Both the position numbers and the translations under genes were made by a program. A stretch of 64,000 bases of DNA, taken from contig CAZTUB010000002.1 of assembly GCA_964615905.1 (NCBI GenBank), positions 154,538-218,537 of the forward strand, written 5' to 3'. Under the pieces are notes generated by a model. The model was not told the origin of the DNA and did no database searches. It was given only the letters and a program-made list of their open reading frames with translations. This document shows positions 58,228 through 64,000 of the stretch, one piece after another; position 1 is the first letter of the stretch, and the number at the start of each line of letters is the position of its first letter. The stretch is from an uncultured Clostridia bacterium. Lineage in GTDB: Bacteria > Acidobacteriota > Blastocatellia > UBA7656.

Positions 58228-60012
58228 ATGGGCGAACCCAACAGGAAACGGCGTTTCTGTCTCGTGCTAATCAAGCCGTCGCATTACGACGACGACGGCT
58301 ACGTCATACAGTGGTTCCGGTCTGCTATCCCCTCAAACTCGCTTGCGGTGCTCAACGGGCTGGCGCTCGAAGCTGCCAAACAGAACGCGCTTGGCGACGA
58401 TGTCCATATAGACATTCATGCCTTTGACGAGACGAACACGCATATACGCCCTGCCCGCATCGCGTCGCTCGTGAAACGGGCCGACGCCGGAATGGTCATG
58501 CTCGTCGGCGTCCAGTCCAACCAGTTCCCGCGAGCGCTCGACATTGCGGCCCCTTTGCGCCGCCAGGGGATTCAGGTCGCCATCGGCGGCTTCCACGTCT
58601 CAGGCACTATCGCGATGCTCAAAGAGCAAGACCCGGATGTTTGCCGCGCGCAGGAGATGGGCGTGTCGTTATTTGCAGGCGAAGCCGAAGGCCGCCTCGG
58701 CCAGGTGTTGCGCGACGCCTGGGACGGGAGGCTCAAGCCGCTCTACAATTTTATGAACGACCTGCCGGACCTCGAAGGCGCGGCCATGCCGTTGCTTCCG
58801 GCCGACCGCGTCAACAGGACCGCGGGCGCGAATACGAGCCTTGACGCGGGGCGCGGTTGTCCTTATCAATGCTCCTTCTGCACAATCATAAACGTCCAGG
58901 GACGCAAATCGCGCCACCGCTCGGCAGATGATGTGGAGCAGATCGTGCGGGCAAACCTCGCGCAGGGGCTTCACAGGTTCTTCATCACCGACGATAATTT
59001 TGCCCGCAACAAGGATTGGGAGGCGATACTGGACCGGCTCATATACCTGCGCGAGGTTGAACGCGTCGAGATGAGCCTCATCATTCAAGTGGACACGTTG
59101 TGCCACAAGCTCCCGAACTTCATCGAGAAAGCCGCCCGCGCAGGCGTCAAGCGAGTCTTCATAGGGCTTGAGAACATAAACCCTGAAAACCTTATCGGCG
59201 CAAAGAAGCGACAGAATAAGATTACCGAATACCGCAAGATGCTGCTTGCGTGGAAGCAGGCGGGGGTTGTGACATATTGCGGCTACATACTCGGCTTCCC
59301 AAATGATGAGCCGGAGACGATCCTGCGCGACATCCGAATCATCCAGAAAGAGCTGCCGGTCGACCTGCTTGAATTCTTCTACCTTACGCCATTGCCGGGT
59401 TCGGAAGACCATCGCAGGCTGCACGAATCGGGGGTGTGGATGGACCCCGATCTCAACAAGTATGACCTCAACCACATTACGACAGGCCACCGAAATATGA
59501 CGCGCGAGCAGTGGGAGCAAGTCTACCGTTCGGCCTGGCAGACGTACTACACGACAGAGCATATTGAAACGGTGCTCAGGCGGGCCATGGCCACTCGAAC
59601 TAGCCCCGGCAAGACGCTCTTCTTTATCGTATGGTTCAAGGGCTGCATCGACATCGAGAAGATACACCCGCTTGAGGGCGGGTTCCTGCGCCTGAAGTTC
59701 CGCACCGCGCGCAGGTCCGGCCTGCCGCTTGAACCTGTCTGGCTGTTCTACCCGAAATATATCGTCGAAGCGATGTGGAAGCAGGTCAGGTGGGTATCGC
59801 TTTATTTGCGCCTGCGGCTCATCTACCTCAAGATCAAACGCGACCCGCAGCGTTACGACTATATGGACCTCGCGCTTGAGCCTGTGGCCGATGACGAGAT
59901 CGAAACCAGAGAGATGTTCCAGTCCGAGGTCGCTCAAACATACGTAGGCCGGGTGCAGCAGATTGAGAGGATGCGCAGGGGCGCGGTCTCAACGCCGCGC
60001 GCAGAGCAGTGA
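58228..60012 (+). CDS. Cobalamin-binding radical SAM protein
   Basis: N-terminal B12-binding Rossmann-like domain (VGVQSNQ; IGGFHVSG), GRGCPYQCSFC (CxxxCxxC), FITDDNF and IGLEN motifs. Confidence 0.9.
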   Translation: MGEPNRKRRFCLVLIKPSHYDDDGYVIQWFRSAIPSNSLAVLNGLALEAAKQNALGDDVHIDIHAFDETNTHIRPARIASLVKRADAGMVMLVGVQSNQFPRALDIAAPLRRQGIQVAIGGFHVSGTIAMLKEQDPDVCRAQEMGVSLFAGEAEGRLGQVLRDAWDGRLKPLYNFMNDLPDLEGAAMPLLPADRVNRTAGANTSLDAGRGCPYQCSFCTIINVQGRKSRHRSADDVEQIVRANLAQGLHRFFITDDNFARNKDWEAILDRLIYLREVERVEMSLIIQVDTLCHKLPNFIEKAARAGVKRVFIGLENINPENLIGAKKRQNKITEYRKMLLAWKQAGVVTYCGYILGFPNDEPETILRDIRIIQKELPVDLLEFFYLTPLPGSEDHRRLHESGVWMDPDLNKYDLNHITTGHRNMTREQWEQVYRSAWQTYYTTEHIETVLRRAMATRTSPGKTLFFIVWFKGCIDIEKIHPLEGGFLRLKFRTARRSGLPLEPVWLFYPKYIVEAMWKQVRWVSLYLRLRLIYLKIKRDPQRYDYMDLALEPVADDEIETREMFQSEVAQTYVGRVQQIERMRRGAVSTPRAEQ

Positions 60013-60032
60013 CCGGCCCCTGCGAGGGGTGT

Positions 60033-60566
60033 TTACTTGGTCCTTAGGTGGAAGAGGTAACATCTACAGCCATTTCCTCCCAGGAAGCATACGCCGGGGC
60101 ATTCCCCATTACAGTCTTCGCAAGAAGGGTAGTTGAACCGTGCGGGGTTCTCGATCAGGTCGATTATCGCGCCAATTTTCGGAAGCACTTTCAGCTTCCC
60201 GGCGGCGTGGCTGACCGTTTCTTTTTGGAATCTACGCTGGTTTGTGCCTTCGATCATGATGGTAAAGGTCTTGAGCTTAGGGTCGACCGCCGTGACCTTG
60301 CCGGTCATGGGCTCGGAGTCGGGGCGTCGCGCGTAGGGGCCGACGCAAAAATATTCCTGGTCGGGTACTGAGCTGCCCGACCAGAATCCGGTTCCCTCGT
60401 TGTCCCAACAAAAATAACGGTGGGCGGAGGACCATTCCTTTGCGCGCTGTATCGCCTCGACACTCTTGGGCGGGTCCTTCTGCGCCCGATTGTGCTGCGC
60501 TACGCCAGGACTGCTAAAGCCAAGCAGGGCTACGAGAGTCAAAGCCGGAACGAGTAATTTCTTCAT
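60033..60566 (-). CDS. Exported hypothetical protein with Cys-rich C-terminal tail
   Basis: AAGGAG RBS, signal peptide MKKLLVPALTLVALLGFSSPGVA, tail CEDCNGECPGVCFLGGNGCRC. Confidence 0.75.
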   Translation of the reverse strand: MKKLLVPALTLVALLGFSSPGVAQHNRAQKDPPKSVEAIQRAKEWSSAHRYFCWDNEGTGFWSGSSVPDQEYFCVGPYARRPDSEPMTGKVTAVDPKLKTFTIMIEGTNQRRFQKETVSHAAGKLKVLPKIGAIIDLIENPARFNYPSCEDCNGECPGVCFLGGNGCRCYLFHLRTK

Positions 60567-61332
60567 GGGAATATCTCCTTTCTTACTTCGACAGTTAGTA
60601 AGCGTTACTATTTGTCGAGCAGAGTCTTGCGAAGGCGTTGTTGAATACAACAGCGAGTCTGGACTAATCTTCTCGGTTATATCAGCAGCAGCTTGCGTTA
60701 ATAAGCGATATAATTCCGAAGAATTTAATGCCATTGATAGTATTTTATCCCTTAAGGCTTTTTCCGGGGTCGGAGGTGTCATACGAACACTTTTTCTAGG
60801 CATATGATTTTTCCCAGGAACCTTTTCAAAGTATTTCCAGAATCATAAAAAGACTTAAAGCCAACTATATTATTAGCAACCCTGCATATGATCAAATCAG
60901 TTATAACTGCCAATTCCTTTTCCTCATCTTTCCCTCGTGTTAATCGGGGCAAGAAGTCTAAGCAACTACTCCCGACTTCCTCCCCCCACCCACACCCGCG
61001 CCGCCACAAAGCTAGACAGGACGTTTCACGTTCGGTAATGGCTTTCTTCTCTCCTTTTGCGCGTGGCCGCAGATTTTGAGACCAGGCAAGGCGGTTAAGC
61101 TGCGCCTTTTCTCCTTCCCCTTTGCGGGCGGTCAAAACGGGGCTGGCTATCGGCATATACCCCTTTGCTACAAGCCTCTTGTGAGCCTCTATCAGCAGCG
61201 CGATAGCCCGTAGTGAAGCCCTGACGCTAGATGCTGAGATGTCTCTTTGTACCCCCTAGTAATAGATAGAATGGTGATTTCTGATAGAACTAGGTCTTTC
61301 TGAAGCGGCCGCGCTGTAACCTGGCGCTGGCC

Positions 61333-61824
61333 TTATGAACTTACATTGAAGCCTCTTATACCTTTACATATCCACCGGCCTGACCTTCTTCTACACTCAT
61401 ACTCTGTACCGCTATAACCATCCTTGGTTGTATATTGGCCCAGAATAATTCGTACTCTCTGTCCCTTGACTTCGGGCTTTGAAAACCGGAGGTACGCAAG
61501 CCGTTCCCCCCGCAAGCCTACCCGCTGGATGTGTTCAGGAGTAAGTAGGACCAACTTGCTCGGCGTAAGCCCTGTCGTAAGCGCCTCAGCAATATTCTCT
61601 GTTGAAAGGTAAATCGTCTGGTTCACACGAGACTCCCCTTTGCCAGCAAGCTCTCGTTTCAATAAGAGGCTTATTATCGAAGCCTTGTCCGTGCCACTGA
61701 GGGTGATTTGTTTCCCCTGAGCCGTAACACCAAAACCAAATGTGGACGAACTGATCAAGATCAAGGCGATCAGAGAGACTCTTATAAGAAACAACCCATA
61801 TCTCCTTTTGCCTTTTGTGACCAT
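61333..61824 (-). CDS. Exported hypothetical protein
   Basis: Signal or anchor segment, terminal Cys pair (ECRRRSGRWIC), AT-richer codon usage. Confidence 0.7.
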   Translation of the reverse strand: MVTKGKRRYGLFLIRVSLIALILISSSTFGFGVTAQGKQITLSGTDKASIISLLLKRELAGKGESRVNQTIYLSTENIAEALTTGLTPSKLVLLTPEHIQRVGLRGERLAYLRFSKPEVKGQRVRIILGQYTTKDGYSGTEYECRRRSGRWICKGIRGFNVSS

Positions 61825-61848
61825 ACCTCAGCCCGCGAGTTTGTAAGC

Positions 61849-61878
61849 GTCTAGCGCCCCGCATCACCCGGCCCGCAC
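61849..61878 (-). other. Degenerate attC-like 3' half-site
   Basis: Minus strand GGGTGATGC-GGGGC-GCTAGAC (R' box GTTRRRY with one mismatch), 25 nt before the downstream ATG. No matching R'' box found. Confidence 0.4.
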
Positions 61879-61962
61879 GTGATATTGGAGGCATCATTCG
61901 AGCTTCGGTTGTGGGCTCGGATACGCGCGAAGCACGCTTTCACATTTCACCAGGTAAAGGTT

Positions 61963-63084
61963 TTAGAGTTCGAAGCCGAGCGTCAGCACCTTAAGCTCGC
62001 CTCCTTCCTCAATAAAATAAAAATCAAAAACGCCACGCCTTAGATTATAAACTTCTACTTCTTTTCCAACTCCATGCATTTGTAAGCCATCGACTATCCG
62101 AAAGCCACGAGAGTCTTTATTATGGTCCGCCAAATTGGTTCTGTACCTGACCGTGTTGAAGAGCTCCTGAGGGAGATGCTTACGGAACAATGACGAGACA
62201 GCATTAGCTTTCGCAATAAATGCCTTTACTGGTATCAGCCTCATGTATTTCTCATCCAGTTTTATGCTGTAAAGCTCCTCTAATCCCTTCGTCACATCCA
62301 CTGGAAGTGTGAAGTCGTCATCCTCGGATTGCCATGTAGCCAGCCCATACTCCTGTACCATATAAAATATGTTCCACCACGCCAGAGCTCCTTTTCGCAT
62401 TAGAGCCTCGTCTATCTCCTTTTCAACTCCAGGGTCATAACCCAATCCGGCGATGAATCTATATATACTACGAAAATGATATGCGTTACGTCGCCGTTGC
62501 TCAGGGTTCGACACATACATCTCTTCAAATAATAGATTCATATCTAAAGTTTCATGCCATCGCTCAATAAATCGGTCGGCAGCAGCCTCAGCGCGCTGAA
62601 GCTTCTGTTCCTCTTCAGGAGTAAGAGGCCTTTGCTTTTCTTCCTTATCTTCGCCCTGTTTAGTATCAGGTACAGGAGTATCCGGATCAAAAGCTAAGCT
62701 TATAACCCCTGTGACCTTCACAGGTATTCCTTCAAGCATTGTTGGCTTGAACTTCCATTTACGGGCTGCGGCGACTGCAGAATCTTTCAGCAAAGCATGC
62801 CCAGATAAAGCCCTCGCAGATATAACATTCCCGCTTTCATCAATCATGATTTCCACCTTCACTGTGGCGGAAACTCGGGCTGCTAGCGCAAGGGGAGGGT
62901 ACTGGGGTTGGATTCGAATGACAGCCTCGGATTGCAGTATATCCTCAGCCTTCTGAATAGTTCTCGCTGGGGATGGAGGCTGCTGCTGTTGAGCAGATAT
63001 AGGACTGGCAATCGAAAATGCGACGACGGTGATAATTATAAAAGCAACTTTAGCTTTGAACTTATCTAAATAATTCATTTTCAT
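61963..63084 (-). CDS. TonB C-terminal domain protein with additional C-terminal domain
   Basis: Signal peptide; IQPQYPPLA...V.V.IMIDESGNVISARALSGHALLKDSAVAAARKWKFKP...V.GV. Confidence 0.85.
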   Translation of the reverse strand: MKMNYLDKFKAKVAFIIITVVAFSIASPISAQQQQPPSPARTIQKAEDILQSEAVIRIQPQYPPLALAARVSATVKVEIMIDESGNVISARALSGHALLKDSAVAAARKWKFKPTMLEGIPVKVTGVISLAFDPDTPVPDTKQGEDKEEKQRPLTPEEEQKLQRAEAAADRFIERWHETLDMNLLFEEMYVSNPEQRRRNAYHFRSIYRFIAGLGYDPGVEKEIDEALMRKGALAWWNIFYMVQEYGLATWQSEDDDFTLPVDVTKGLEELYSIKLDEKYMRLIPVKAFIAKANAVSSLFRKHLPQELFNTVRYRTNLADHNKDSRGFRIVDGLQMHGVGKEVEVYNLRRGVFDFYFIEEGGELKVLTLGFEL

Positions 63085-63126
63085 AATTCAACTTCTTGAA
63101 ATGTTTTTGAACCACCGCGCCCCTGC

Positions 63127-63187
63127 GCCTAACTATTGAGTAGACCGGCTAAAGTCGGTAGTATTACCTTTTTTAGTCGGTCTAATC
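63127..63187 (-). other. Hairpin ending in a perfect GTTAGGC box (attC-like)
   Basis: GAGTAGACCGGCTAAA / TTTAGTCGGTCTAATC imperfect inverted repeat. GCCTAAC at 63127-63133 reads GTTAGGC on the minus strand, 43 nt before the TonB gene start. Confidence 0.4.
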
Positions 63188-63387
63188 CGATTCATAATCA
63201 CCTATACCATAGATTTAAACCCCTTTAGGTCTCCCTCAACCGGATTATACCGATACTTCTTACATCTGATTTTTCTTTTAGTTCCGTTTTCCCTGCACAC
63301 TCACCTGCTGCCCTCACAAGTAGGCAATCCCAGCATTTTGACCTGGGCAGACCACGCTTATATAATCGTCTCTCTAAGGAGACAAGC

Positions 63388-63675
63388 ATGTCAATTTCCG
63401 GGCTTATAGAGAAGATCAAAAAGTATCAGGGCTGCGTCTATTTTAATGGGCAGGATTATGACGCTACAGACTTCGCGGCAGCAATGGCAGATTGGGATGA
63501 GGCTACAAGGCGGAACTTAGAAGGTAAATTGGACTACATTCTCGGAACTGCAAAACTCTACGCGGATTGTTTAAGCATACCTACCTGTGTCGATCCGAAG
63601 TACCCTTACGCATCAGTCAATATCAGTATGGATGGCAGTATTAAGTACACCTGGAAGAAGACCGGCTGCAAATAG
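63388..63675 (+). CDS. Hypothetical protein (95 aa)
   Basis: AAGGAG RBS and a complete ORF. No recognisable family. Confidence 0.55.
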   Translation: MSISGLIEKIKKYQGCVYFNGQDYDATDFAAAMADWDEATRRNLEGKLDYILGTAKLYADCLSIPTCVDPKYPYASVNISMDGSIKYTWKKTGCK

Positions 63676-63759
63676 GCAGCAGCCCATCAAACGCGCTATG
63701 CCCCCCTCCCATCCTCATCGGCCGCGCTCAGGCTACAGGCAATTAGCTACCTCTATACA

Positions 63760-64000
63760 CTCTTTGTCACACGGGCTCCGTCAATGGGAACGCCCATTGA
63801 TCCACGTAATGTCAAACGCCGCTTTGACTCTCTTCTGAAAAAGGCCAAGTTGCCGCATCACCGAATACACGACCTCAGACACTTTTGCGCGTCGTCGCTG
63901 TTAGCTCAAGGCGTACCGCTTAAAGTAGTTTCAGACATTCTAGGGCATAGTCAGATCAGCACTACGGCCGACTTGTACACTCACGTACTCCCTTCATTAC
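63760..64000 (+). pseudogene. C-terminal fragment of a phage/ICE-type tyrosine integrase (N-terminus missing; runs off the window)
   Basis: Frame reads LFVT...GTPIDPRNVKRRFDSLLKKAKLPHHRIHDLRHFCASSLLAQGVPLKVVSDILGHSQISTTADLYTHVL (HxxR, H and Y catalytic residues). An in-frame TAG at 63673-63675 removes the N-terminal domains. Confidence 0.85.

Noticed and set aside
58669-59937. 422-aa minus-strand ORF, and similar long ORFs such as 2938-3888, 7300-8352, 14655-15605 and 32095-33201
   Set aside because: Antisense shadows of well-supported genes, expected in high-GC DNA, with no recognisable motifs.
60779-61156. 125-aa minus-strand ORF and the upstream extension of the 60033 gene to 60803
   Set aside because: No RBS or motifs. 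The real start of the 60033 gene is ATG 60566 with AAGGAG and a signal peptide. The region may be decayed coding DNA.
63760-64000. Integron integrase (IntI) for the attC-like sites
   Set aside because: The visible motifs (GTPIDPRN, HDLRH, LKVVSDILGHSQISTT) resemble phage/ICE integrases, no IntI-specific insertion is evident, and the gene is truncated.
60570-64000. Prophage
   Set aside because: No structural, packaging, replication or lysis genes; only an integrase fragment.
1-64000. tRNA and rRNA genes
   Set aside because: No cloverleaf with T-loop (GTTCRA) and acceptor stem, and no rRNA-conserved sequence, was noticed in any intergenic region.

Overview
A GC-rich bacterial chromosomal window. 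The lineage is inferred to be Acidobacteriota, probably Blastocatellia-like, from the ADOP-type duplicated permease, bshA/bshB1 and many orphan exported proteins. About 1-53 kb is mostly housekeeping and regulatory: an ECF sigma/anti-sigma pair, a GNAT/acyl-CoA ligase fusion, bacillithiol genes, murB, an ABC exporter, a long-chain acyl-CoA ligase, a Ser/Thr kinase, gpsA-plsY, topoisomerase IB, an XRE regulator, a CarH/LitR B12 photoreceptor with its divergent operon, two tandem hybrid histidine kinases, ybhP-clsB, glpF, and an unusual sulfate ABC operon. That operon contains a porin, a USP-GpgS fusion and a CysA fused to two USP domains. The standout is a minus-strand RiPP-type operon at 53058-57896: precursor, stem-loop, APH-type kinase, HopA1-like lyase, then a stand-alone LanC cyclase with intact Zn ligands. 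This is class V lanthipeptide-like enzymology. The 408-aa precursor has a Cys-free ~120-aa leader followed by 16 tandem [S/T]-x2/3-P-C-S-G-[V/I]-x-T-[Q/A]-C-C units (48 Cys, mostly 3 Ser/Thr : 3 Cys per unit), and the repeat region shows recent exact DNA duplications. A B12-binding radical SAM gene lies divergently next to it. The last ~3.4 kb is an AT-richer accessory region with orphan exported proteins, degenerate attC-like half-sites and a truncated tyrosine integrase. No rRNA, tRNA or CRISPR array was seen. All product calls come from motif recognition by eye, not database searches.
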